Below, piece after piece: positions 39,131 to 47,503 of a stretch of 64,000 nucleotides of DNA. The DNA lies in assembly GCA_964559765.1 (NCBI GenBank), contig CAZLHU010000002.1, positions 10,075-74,074 on the forward strand, given 5' to 3'. The notes under the pieces were generated by a model that saw nothing but the letters and a program-made list of their open reading frames with translations, was not told where the DNA came from and searched no databases. Source of the DNA: an uncultured Candidatus Saccharibacteria bacterium (GTDB lineage Bacteria > Patescibacteriota > Minisyncoccia > UBA6257 > Colwellbacteraceae). The translations under genes and the position numbers were made by a program. Within the stretch, counting starts at the first letter, position 1, and each line of letters starts with the position of its first letter.

Positions 39131-39235
39131 TAGTTTTTTCTTATTTTTATTAGAGTTTACGACGCTTTTGATTGTATAAGGAGTGGTGGAGAGTGTCAAC
39201 CCTGAACTTATCCACTAAACCCTGATTATTACAGA

Positions 39236-41338
39236 TTATTTACGACCTGCGACGATTGTCGCCTCAACATTCTTTGGTACGGGGTCATACCTGCAGAACT
39301 CCATAGTGAACGATCCCCTGCCTTGAGTCATCGACCGTAACTTTGTGGCATAACCAAACATTTCAGATAGCGGAATTTTGGCATCAATGACCTTGGCTAT
39401 GCCTCGGTCGCCCATCGCCTCAATCTTTCCTCGCTTCGAAGAGACGTCTCCGGTTATGTCCCCTAGGAATTCCGCGGGAACGATGACTTGGACGCTCATA
39501 ATCGGTTCAAGGATTATAGGCTTGGCCTGCTTGGCCGCCTCCTGCAAAGCCATCGAAGCTGCGATCTTGAAGGCCGCTTCAGAAGAATCTACGTCGTGGT
39601 ACGAGCCATCGAATACAGTTACCTCTAAATCAGTAAGGGTGAAACCGGCGACGATGCCCCGATCCAAAGCCTCGCGCACACCTTTCTCTATGGCCGGCAC
39701 GAATTCCTGAGGAATCGCGCCTCCTTTCAAAGCGTTCAAAAATACGAATCCAGATCCGCGCACGGCGGACTTAACTCTCAACCATACGTCGCCGTACTGC
39801 CCACGGCCTCCGGTCTGACGGATATACTTACCCTGAGCCTCAGCCTCGCCACTGATAGTTTCGCGATAGGCGACCTGTGGTCGGCCGACATCAGCTCCCA
39901 CGTTGAACTCGCGCCTCATGCGCTCCACCAACACTTCGAGGTGAAGCTCTCCCATACCGGCGATGATCGTCTCTCCGGTCTCCGGATCGCCGCTAACGCG
40001 GAAGGTCGGATCCTCCTCAGCCAAACGATGCAGGGCAACGCCCATTTTCTCCTGGTCGGCTTTGGTCTTCGGACTGACACGCATATTAATTACCGGCTCC
40101 GGGAAGGTTATCTTCTCCAGAACGGCAATGTGCTCGGGATCGCAAAGGGTGTCCCCTGTCGTCGTGTCCTTCATGCCGACTATCGCGCCGATATCACCGG
40201 CATGCATCTCGTCGACTTCATCCCGCTGGTTAGCGTGCATACGAAGGATACGGCCGACGCGCTCCTGGTTTCCTTTTGTAGCGTTATATATGTAACTGCC
40301 ACGTTTTAATACTCCACGGTAGATGCGGAAGTAAGTAAGGCTGCCGACATACGGGTCTGCAGCTATCTTGAAAGCCAAACCTAAGAATGGCTCGTCATCG
40401 CTGGAAGAGACTTCGAATTCCGTCTCTGTGGCCGGATCAATTCCTTTTATTCCCTTCCTGTCCTCAGGCGAAGGCAAATAATCGACGACGGCGTCCAACA
40501 TGAATTGGACTCCTTTGTTCTTCAGGGCCGATCCGCACAACACTGGCACCAAGGTCACCCTAAGCGTCGCTTCGCGCAAAACCTTCCTCAACTCGTCTAT
40601 GCTTATTTCCTTTCCTTCAAGATATTTAGAGGTCAACGCATCGTCCTGCTCGGCGATCTTTTCGATAAGCTCATGGTGTCTTTTTTCCGCTTCCGCTTTC
40701 ATGTTCTCGGGAATCGGGATCTCGGTTATATTCTCGCCGTGCTCGCCTTCGAATGAGAAAGCTTTCATTCTCATTAAATCTATGACGCCGCTGAAATCTG
40801 ATTCCGTCCCTATAGGCAGTTGGATTCTGACCGCATTCTTGGTCAGCCGGTCGATAACCGATTGGAAGCTCCTTTCAAAGTTCGCTCCCATGCGATCGAG
40901 CTTGTTTATGAAGCATATCCTAGGCACCTGATACTCATCGGCATAGTGCCAATTGGTTTCGGATTGAGGCTCAACTCCAGCCACGCCGTCGAAAACGACG
41001 ACTGCTCCGTCGAGCACCCTCAAGGACCGCTTAACCTCTACGGTGAAGTCGATGTGCCCAGGGGTGTCGATGATGTTTATTTTGGCCTCGTGCGCCTTAT
41101 CCCCTCCCATGTATGTGGGATTCCAATAACAGGTTGTGGCAGCGGCAGTGATCGTTATTCCGCGCTCACGCTCCTGCTCCATCCAGTCCATAACAGTATC
41201 GCCTTCATGCACCTCGCCGATCTTATGGGAAATACCGGTGTAAAAAAGGACGCGCTCGCTTACGGTCGTCTTACCGGCATCAATGTGGGCGATGATTCCT
41301 ATATCTCTTACTTTTTCAATTGGGTAGGGACGGGCCAT
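39236..41338 (-). CDS. fusA: Elongation factor G
   Basis: [16 protein letters not shown], 700 aa, five-domain EF-G layout. Confidence 0.95.
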   Translation of the reverse strand: MARPYPIEKVRDIGIIAHIDAGKTTVSERVLFYTGISHKIGEVHEGDTVMDWMEQERERGITITAAATTCYWNPTYMGGDKAHEAKINIIDTPGHIDFTVEVKRSLRVLDGAVVVFDGVAGVEPQSETNWHYADEYQVPRICFINKLDRMGANFERSFQSVIDRLTKNAVRIQLPIGTESDFSGVIDLMRMKAFSFEGEHGENITEIPIPENMKAEAEKRHHELIEKIAEQDDALTSKYLEGKEISIDELRKVLREATLRVTLVPVLCGSALKNKGVQFMLDAVVDYLPSPEDRKGIKGIDPATETEFEVSSSDDEPFLGLAFKIAADPYVGSLTYFRIYRGVLKRGSYIYNATKGNQERVGRILRMHANQRDEVDEMHAGDIGAIVGMKDTTTGDTLCDPEHIAVLEKITFPEPVINMRVSPKTKADQEKMGVALHRLAEEDPTFRVSGDPETGETIIAGMGELHLEVLVERMRREFNVGADVGRPQVAYRETISGEAEAQGKYIRQTGGRGQYGDVWLRVKSAVRGSGFVFLNALKGGAIPQEFVPAIEKGVREALDRGIVAGFTLTDLEVTVFDGSYHDVDSSEAAFKIAASMALQEAAKQAKPIILEPIMSVQVIVPAEFLGDITGDVSSKRGKIEAMGDRGIAKVIDAKIPLSEMFGYATKLRSMTQGRGSFTMEFCRYDPVPKNVEATIVAGRK

Positions 41339-41394
41339 TTTCTGTGCGGGTTAAAAGGAGGCAAGAATAGTGTCTTGTTAGTTGTTTAAATAGT

Positions 41395-41862
41395 TTATCT
41401 TGCGAAGTGTGCGAATGCGCGGTTGGCTTCAGCGGTACGATGGACGTCCAACTTCTTCTTTATAGCGGCTCCCTCGTTGTTGTTCGCGGCCATCAATTCT
41501 TCAGCCAAGCGCTTGGCCATCGTCTTTCCTTTCTTGCTGCGGGCACTGGCTACGATCCAGCGTACGGCCAACGTAAACCGACGCTCGGGCCTGACTTCCC
41601 TTGGAATCTGATAGTTGGCGCCTCCTACGCGCTTTGAAGCAACCTCAACTGACGGAGAAACGTTCGCGATGGCCTTTTCAAAAACGGCCAGCGGATCGGT
41701 ATTCATATCCTTCTTGATTATGTCCAAAGCATCGCGGACCACCTTCTCGGCGGTCGCTTTCTTGCCGTCACGCATCACGCTGTTCACAAAGCGGGACAAA
41801 GCAATGCTACCGTAAACGGCCTCTGGTTTGAAATTGCGCTTATGGTTACGTTTCTTACGCAT
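41395..41862 (-). CDS. rpsG: 30S ribosomal protein S7
   Basis: 155 aa, canonical S7 helical-core motifs, position between rpsL and fusA. Confidence 0.9.
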   Translation of the reverse strand: MRKKRNHKRNFKPEAVYGSIALSRFVNSVMRDGKKATAEKVVRDALDIIKKDMNTDPLAVFEKAIANVSPSVEVASKRVGGANYQIPREVRPERRFTLAVRWIVASARSKKGKTMAKRLAEELMAANNNEGAAIKKKLDVHRTAEANRAFAHFAR

Positions 41863-41864
41863 CT

Positions 41865-42284
41865 TTAGCCTTTCTTAACTTCGTGCTTGGCACCATATTT
41901 GGATCGCTGCTGCTTCCTTCCGGTAACGCCTGACGCATCGAGCTTACCACGAATAATATGGTACCTCACTCCAGGGAGATCCTTCACCCTTCCGCCGCGT
42001 ATGACGACAACGGAGTGTTCCTGCAAATTATGGCCTATTCCCGGAATATAAGCCGTGACTTCCTGGCCATTGGTCAGACGGACACGGGCTACCTTACGCA
42101 AGGCAGAGTTTGGTTTCTTTGGGGTGGTCGTAAATACCTTTATGCACACGCCCCGCTTGAACGGAGAAACTGAATTCACTGGCTTGTTTTGGAGCACATT
42201 AAAATAAAACCCCAGTGCCGGGGATTTACTCTTCCGCAAATTACTTTTCCGGCCCTTCTTCAAGAGCTGATGGATAGTAGGCAT
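41865..42284 (-). CDS. rpsL: 30S ribosomal protein S12 with a ~12-aa insertion after the PAL motif
   Basis: [54 protein letters not shown] motifs; insert [17 protein letters not shown]. Confidence 0.9.
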   Translation of the reverse strand: MPTIHQLLKKGRKSNLRKSKSPALGFYFNVLQNKPVNSVSPFKRGVCIKVFTTTPKKPNSALRKVARVRLTNGQEVTAYIPGIGHNLQEHSVVVIRGGRVKDLPGVRYHIIRGKLDASGVTGRKQQRSKYGAKHEVKKG

Positions 42285-42328
42285 CGGGCAATACTATACA
42301 GAAATTTGCGGTTCAGTGTCAACGTTAT

Positions 42329-42976
42329 CTAAATGCCAGTGAAGTTGGCGTATATGCCGGCGGCATGGGGCCCGGCCAAAATCTGGAATATAGCGGAGGA
42401 CACTACGAATATGTATTGGGAGAAGAAGAATAGGAACAGCAGCACCAGTATAAGGCCGTATAAGCCCATATTTTCCATCATCCGGCTTAATCGGGGCGAA
42501 ATAAGGCTTATAAGCTTGGAACCATCCAGGGGTGGGATCGGCAATATATTGAAGACGGCCAGGATTATGTTCAGCATTATCACCATCCCTAATAGGGCTA
42601 TAGCGGTCGTGGGAAGAAGCGACCCGAGCAGCCTCACGATTATAGCGAATACCGCCGCAATGGATATGTTCGATATGGGTCCGGCGAGCGCCACCTTAAG
42701 CGGTCCGTACTTCGGATCTTTGTATAATTTATATGGATTGTACGGGACAGGCTTCGCCCACCCGATTACAGGTAGCCCGCTTATAGCCAAGACCAAAGGG
42801 AGGAGCACTGAACCTATTGGATCCAGGTGCTTCAAGGGATTCAGGGTCAGGCGCCCCGCATTCTTGGCGGTATCGTCCCCCAGGCTCAAAGCCACTACGC
42901 CATGGGATATCTCGTGGATCATCACGGAGAAGAGCAATACTATTAGTTGAAATATAAGTATAATTATGGTATTCAT
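42329..42976 (-). CDS. Stand-alone M50/site-2-protease-family zinc metalloprotease (start at MNTIIIL, internal ATG)
   Basis: HEISH in the first TM helix and LDGSK in a later helix. The upstream track extension would overlap rpmB. Confidence 0.65.
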   Translation of the reverse strand: MNTIIILIFQLIVLLFSVMIHEISHGVVALSLGDDTAKNAGRLTLNPLKHLDPIGSVLLPLVLAISGLPVIGWAKPVPYNPYKLYKDPKYGPLKVALAGPISNISIAAVFAIIVRLLGSLLPTTAIALLGMVIMLNIILAVFNILPIPPLDGSKLISLISPRLSRMMENMGLYGLILVLLFLFFFSQYIFVVSSAIFQILAGPHAAGIYANFTGI

Positions 42977-42986
42977 AATCGGTAAA

Positions 42987-43199
42987 ATGAAACAGTGCGA
43001 AATATGCGGGAAGGGTTCGATAATGCGCGGGCACAGGATTAAGCTCCGTGCGACTAAGTATAACCCACAGCCCAAAACACGGAAATACCCGAACATTCAG
43101 AAAGCCGTAGGGCTTGATGGTCGCAGGGTCAATGCCTGCACCCAGTGCATTAAGACTCTAGGTAAGGCAGCTAGGATCGCGATTCCTGCAAAAGCGTAG
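42987..43199 (+). CDS. rpmB: 50S ribosomal protein L28 (zinc-ribbon form)
   Basis: MKQCEICGKGSIMRGHRIKLRATKYNPQPKTRKYPNIQ..VNACTQCIK motif. Confidence 0.75.
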   Translation: MKQCEICGKGSIMRGHRIKLRATKYNPQPKTRKYPNIQKAVGLDGRRVNACTQCIKTLGKAARIAIPAKA

Positions 43200-43293
43200 G
43201 CATCGCCACGGCTAGTTTTGTTGTCTAAATTATCTCCCCAAGAAGTTTATTCACTGGGGAGATATCTTTAGGGTATACTTAATTTCGATATCG

Positions 43294-43364
43294 CGGGCTG
43301 TCGTATAATGGTAGTGCACAAGGCTGGGGGTCTTGTAGTCTGGGTTCGATTCCCAGCAGCCCGA
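43294..43364 (+). tRNA. tRNA-Pro (anticodon GGG); CCA not encoded
   Basis: Manual fold. Acceptor CGGGCTG/CAGCCCG (C1:G72, A73, typical of bacterial tRNA-Pro). Anticodon loop CTGGGGG with G37. T-arm CTGGG-TTCGATT-CCCAG. Confidence 0.75.
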
Positions 43365-43405
43365 CATAGTGGGAACTCCAAATAAAGAAACTTAGTCGAT
43401 TAGGC

Positions 43406-44008
43406 TTAGTTATTTGTTTCGATATTAGTGAATACCACAAGCCGATTGGAATAGCTCTTCTGGGCAGCGTTCCAAGTGCCTTCGCATGTAATCAGGTTGA
43501 GATGGGCTTGCCCGTCATTTGAATAGAAAACATCTGAGGCGTCGCCGTTTTGGTCATATAACCTAGATCCGCTCACGACAAACGTGGTGGTCGCCCCTTG
43601 TTCGTCTATAACGTATACTTTGTCCCCTTTTTGCAATTTATATAAATCGTCGAACACCGCCCATATGCCGTCCTTCCACCCCTCATGCCCAGCGATGACG
43701 GCACTGCCATCTTCCCCTGGTCGCGGCCCTAGATCAAACCACACCGTGCTGGTTGGACCCACCGGCACGCCCATTGCCCCCTGTGGCGTAAGGCCAACAT
43801 CCCCTATGGGGGCATCGACGTTCATTTTCGGAATTTTGAGTCGAACCGGGAGTCCTAATATGTTCTGTTGCAAGCTTTGCGGGACCTGGCTAGCAACCGG
43901 AGACGCCTGCTCGGATGGGCCTTTAAGGAGCAAAATAGACGCCAAACAGACAACCCCAACAACGGCGACAGCAACCAGCAACCATTTTAACAAAGTCTTA
44001 AACCGCAT
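43406..44008 (-). CDS. Sortase-family transpeptidase (membrane-anchored)
   Basis: N-terminal TM helix, catalytic His (AGHEGW) and the LNLITCEG (TLxTC) cysteine motif. Confidence 0.8.
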   Translation of the reverse strand: MRFKTLLKWLLVAVAVVGVVCLASILLLKGPSEQASPVASQVPQSLQQNILGLPVRLKIPKMNVDAPIGDVGLTPQGAMGVPVGPTSTVWFDLGPRPGEDGSAVIAGHEGWKDGIWAVFDDLYKLQKGDKVYVIDEQGATTTFVVSGSRLYDQNGDASDVFYSNDGQAHLNLITCEGTWNAAQKSYSNRLVVFTNIETNN

Positions 44009-44085
44009 GGATTTTTAGAAAGTCTATGTATAGAAATACCGCTTTCGACGTTATTCTATCACGCCAATGATTATGGCCACGCTCT

Positions 44086-44529
44086 CTATCCAGCTGGTTT
44101 TTCTTCCTTGGCTGGTTTATTCTTCGCCTCCTCGAGGAATTTTTTGACCTCTGCGACGAACTCTTCGTTACTGACGCCTTTCTGGATATAGTTCGTTACG
44201 CCTACATCCTTCATCCAGTTTTCCGCTTCAATGGACAAGTCAGAGTTCGTGAGAAACGCAATAGGGATATCAGCCGCGGGAGAACCTGGTTCGTTCCTGA
44301 TAAGATCGGCTGTTTTAAAACCATTACTACCAGGCATATTTATATCGAGCAAAATAAGATCGGGGTGGAATCTGCGCGCCATTTCCCGCCCAAGGTCGCC
44401 GTTTTCGGCATAGATGACCTCATAACCGGCCGATCCAAGCAGGCTGCCGAAAAGCCGCCGGCTCGTGGGATCGTCGTCGACTATTAAGATGTGTTTAGTG
44501 GTCGCTTTGTCTTTAATTACCTCATCCAT
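44086..44529 (-). CDS. Single-domain response-regulator receiver (CheY-like) with Lys/Glu-rich tail (start at MDEVIKDK)
   Basis: ILIVDDDPTSRRL..DLILLDINMPG..K in the canonical positions. Confidence 0.75.
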   Translation of the reverse strand: MDEVIKDKATTKHILIVDDDPTSRRLFGSLLGSAGYEVIYAENGDLGREMARRFHPDLILLDINMPGSNGFKTADLIRNEPGSPAADIPIAFLTNSDLSIEAENWMKDVGVTNYIQKGVSNEEFVAEVKKFLEEAKNKPAKEEKPAG

Positions 44530-44560
44530 GGTTTTATCCTTTATTTTATAATTTATTTTA

Positions 44561-44950
44561 TTATACAACCTTAGCGTCAAGAATTCCTCTAACTTTTTTC
44601 ACGATATCGCGGTACTCCCAATCGCTCTTAATCATAAAATCGAGAATCCCTATTTTTTTCGCCCGGGCGATGGTAGCGGAATCCTGAGAATTACTCCACA
44701 TGATGACGCGTGCATTTTTACCCCACTTGTCCTTACGAAGATTTTCAAGGAAATAAAAGCCGTCGGTATCGGGCATGAGATTATCGACAAGAATAAAGTC
44801 GGGGTGATTCTTTAGCGCGCTATCTAGGCCTTCTTTACCGTTCGTCGCCTTAAATACAGAGAAACCTTCATACGTAAACTTATCCGAAATGCCGTTCAGG
44901 ATGGATAGCTCGTCTTCAATGATTAACACTTTTCTTTGTGGCGTATCCAT
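44561..44950 (-). CDS. Single-domain response-regulator receiver (CheY-like)
   Basis: VLIIEDE..DFILVDNLMPDTDG motif; 129 aa, no output domain. Confidence 0.8.
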   Translation of the reverse strand: MDTPQRKVLIIEDELSILNGISDKFTYEGFSVFKATNGKEGLDSALKNHPDFILVDNLMPDTDGFYFLENLRKDKWGKNARVIMWSNSQDSATIARAKKIGILDFMIKSDWEYRDIVKKVRGILDAKVV

Positions 44951-44955
44951 ATTTT

Positions 44956-47154
44956 TTATTTTAATACCAACCTTCTGGTACCTTCTTTTTTCTTCATGCC
45001 TACAAGAGGGATTGTAACATAAAACGTCGATCCTTTATTTTCCGTCGATTCAAACCAGATTTTACCGCCCGTCTTTTCTATCGTTTCCTTGATAATATAC
45101 AATCCAAGTCCCGTGCCTTCAGGGTCCTTTACGCGTGCGTTGTCGGCCCTAAACATTTTAGTGAAGATCTTTGATTGCGCATCTTTGGGGATTCCATAAC
45201 CAGTATCAGCGACCGAAACAAGAATATTGGGTCCATCCTTTTTCATCGTTAGTGTGATACTCCCCTCTGGAGGGGTGTACTTTACCGCATTCGAAAACAA
45301 ATTCTGGAATATCATCCGGAGAATATTTAAATCAGCGTTAATTGGGGGAAGGTCTTTTTCGAGATTCTTATTTATAAGCAGTTTTTTATCATTAATATTC
45401 ACCTCGAGATCCTTGAGCGCCCCTTCTGCCACATTCTGAAGATTTACCTGTTCGGGTTCGACAACAAACACTCCCAAATCGACCCTAGAAACGTTGAGGA
45501 GTGCTGTAATTAAATTGATCATACGATCGTTGGAATTTTTTATTTCCGTCAGGTATTCACGCTGCTTGTCATTCAATGGCCCGGCATCTCCATCGATAAG
45601 CATGCCTGTGTATCCTTTGAGTGCTGTGAGAGGTGTGCGGAGTTGGTGTGAAGCGATAGAAACAAATTCATCTTTCGCCAGATCCAACGAACGCAATTCT
45701 TTGTTCGCTAATTCAACTTTTTCGGTTGTCGCAGCAAGTTGTTTCGCTTTAATATCGAGGTTTTTTGCAGTCACCAGTAACCTGCGCCGAACGCTTTCCC
45801 TTTCCTTGGCCGTTGTAGCAAGCTGCTTGGCCGTAACCACCAGCCTACTTCTCACGCTTTCCCTCTCCTTGGCAGTAGCAGCGAGTTGCTTGGCGGTAAC
45901 CTCTAATTTTTTTCGAACGCTTTCACGTTCTTTAGCCGTCGTAGCGAGCTTTTTGGCCGTGACCGCAAGCCTGTCTCTCACACTTTCTCTTTCCCTGGCA
46001 GTAACAGCAAGCTGCTTAGCTTTAAGTCGGAGCGTCTTTGCCGTCACTAACAATTTGCGCCTGACACTCTCCTTTTCCCTTGCAGTTGTGGCAAGATGCT
46101 TAGCGGTTATCACTAACTTATTTCTGACTTCTTCTCTTTCTTTGGCGGTTACGGCAAGTTTCCCTGCCGTCACAGCTAAGAGCTCCCTCGTTTTTTTTGT
46201 TTCGGTCACATCACGCGCAGCCGCGAACACGCCAAGCACATTACCTTTATTGTCTTTATAGACCGATGCATTATAGAGAACATCGATAAGCCTTCCATTT
46301 CTATGACGAATAGTAAGGGGGTAGTCAATAACCGATCCTGTTTTAAAAACTTGCTTATATCCCGCACGGGCTTTTTGGGGTTCGGTAAAATATTTTGAGA
46401 AATCAGTACCGATCAAATTCCCGCGCAACAAACCAGTTACCCGTCCCGTTGCCGCATTAACGTCAGTAATCTTTCCTTGCGGACTTATAACAACCAAGGG
46501 GTCGATGCCCGCCTCTATGAGACTGCGGGCGTACTGGTTTGTCAGTGCAATTTTCTCGGCAGTAGCGGCGAGCTGCTTGGCCCTAAGCCGAAGCGCCTCC
46601 GCTGTCACTGCCAGTTTACCCCTGATACTTTCACGTTCTTTAGCCGTCGTAGCGAGCTTTTTGGCCGTGACCGCAAGCCTGTCTCTCACACTTTCTCTTT
46701 CCCTGGCAGTAACAGCAAGCTGCTTAGCTTTAAGTCGGAGCGTCTTTGCCGTCACTAACAATTTGCGCCTGACACTCTCCTTTTCCCTAGCGACAGTAGC
46801 GAGTTGCTTAGCCTTAAGACGAAGATTTCTCGCCGTTACAAGCAGTTTGAGTCGAACATTTTCCCTTTCTTTTGCGGTCGTCGCAAGCTGTTTGGCTGTG
46901 ACCGCAAGTTGTTTGGCAACGACCTCTAATTTACGCCTGGCACTTTCCCTTTCACTAGCCGTCGTAGCGAGCTTTTTGGCCGTGACCGCAAGCCTGTCTC
47001 TGATGCTTTCCCTTTCTTCGGCAGTTATAGCGAGATGCTTAGCCGTCACTGCCAACTTACTCCTAACACCCTCCTTTTTCTTTGCCAAAACTTTAAGTTT
47101 AAGGATTGCGTTGTTGGCCCTGGAAGCAACTATTTTTTGTCCGTATTTTTTCAT
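44956..47154 (-). CDS. Cytoplasmic sensor histidine kinase: two ~8-9-unit arrays of a 22-aa coiled-coil repeat (LAVTAKKLATTAKERESVRxKL) flanking a PAS domain, then HisKA (ASHQLRTPL) and HATPase_c
   Basis: No TM helices. H-box IASHQLRTPLTAL; N, G1 and G2 boxes (NAVKYT, DTGYGIP, GTGLGL). Confidence 0.85.
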   Translation of the reverse strand: MKKYGQKIVASRANNAILKLKVLAKKKEGVRSKLAVTAKHLAITAEERESIRDRLAVTAKKLATTASERESARRKLEVVAKQLAVTAKQLATTAKERENVRLKLLVTARNLRLKAKQLATVAREKESVRRKLLVTAKTLRLKAKQLAVTARERESVRDRLAVTAKKLATTAKERESIRGKLAVTAEALRLRAKQLAATAEKIALTNQYARSLIEAGIDPLVVISPQGKITDVNAATGRVTGLLRGNLIGTDFSKYFTEPQKARAGYKQVFKTGSVIDYPLTIRHRNGRLIDVLYNASVYKDNKGNVLGVFAAARDVTETKKTRELLAVTAGKLAVTAKEREEVRNKLVITAKHLATTAREKESVRRKLLVTAKTLRLKAKQLAVTARERESVRDRLAVTAKKLATTAKERESVRKKLEVTAKQLAATAKERESVRSRLVVTAKQLATTAKERESVRRRLLVTAKNLDIKAKQLAATTEKVELANKELRSLDLAKDEFVSIASHQLRTPLTALKGYTGMLIDGDAGPLNDKQREYLTEIKNSNDRMINLITALLNVSRVDLGVFVVEPEQVNLQNVAEGALKDLEVNINDKKLLINKNLEKDLPPINADLNILRMIFQNLFSNAVKYTPPEGSITLTMKKDGPNILVSVADTGYGIPKDAQSKIFTKMFRADNARVKDPEGTGLGLYIIKETIEKTGGKIWFESTENKGSTFYVTIPLVGMKKKEGTRRLVLK
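45920..46080 (-). repeat. 161-bp perfect direct repeat, copy A (inside the histidine-kinase gene)
   Basis: Identical to 46628..46788. Offset 708 bp = 236 codons, in frame. Confidence 0.85.
46628..46788 (-). repeat. 161-bp perfect direct repeat, copy B (inside the histidine-kinase gene)
   Basis: Identical to 45920..46080. Confidence 0.85.
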
Positions 47155-47315
47155 ATATAAATTTCGCTTTATAATTTAATTTTTATTCCGGCTGTCCTTA
47201 ATATAATTATATCATTAGATTTCTTGGCCTTATTATTCCTACTTCCAAGAAGCCCCGCTTGTGAGCGAGGCTTCTCATTATCTCCGCAAGATACATCTAT
47301 TGACTTGGTCTCCGA

Positions 47316-47462
47316 TTATTTCCCCCTTATGATCCGTATTAGGATGACAATGATGGCAACGACGAGAAGAACATGAATCAGCCATCCCAATATGGGGAAA
47401 AAGATGAGCCCGACAAGCCACAAGACCACTAGCACAAATCCGACAGTTAGAAGTATGTCCAT
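47316..47462 (-). CDS. 48-aa two-helix membrane peptide, lmo0937-like family (too short for the ORF track)
   Basis: MDILLTVGFVLVVLWLVGLIFFPILGWLIHVLLVVAIIVILIRIIRGK; translated manually. Confidence 0.5.
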   Translation of the reverse strand: MDILLTVGFVLVVLWLVGLIFFPILGWLIHVLLVVAIIVILIRIIRGK

Positions 47463-47503
47463 CTTTGGTTTTAATGGTCTAACACCCCTACGTGATACTT
47501 ATG

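Noticed and set aside
45494-47179. Long plus-strand ORFs (45494..46261, 46505..47179, and others) and tandem repeats that could be mistaken for genes or a CRISPR-like array
   Set aside because: They are antisense to the histidine-kinase gene. Their Ala/Ser/Leu-rich translations are the mirror of the 22-aa coiled-coil repeat. The repeats are 66-bp coding units without spacers, not CRISPR.
47248-47275. Strong two-tier hairpin (7 bp + 4 bp) between the HK start and the small peptide gene as a terminator
   Set aside because: It is not followed by a U-run on either strand. It may be regulatory, but the evidence is insufficient. It is mentioned only as context in the small-peptide finding.
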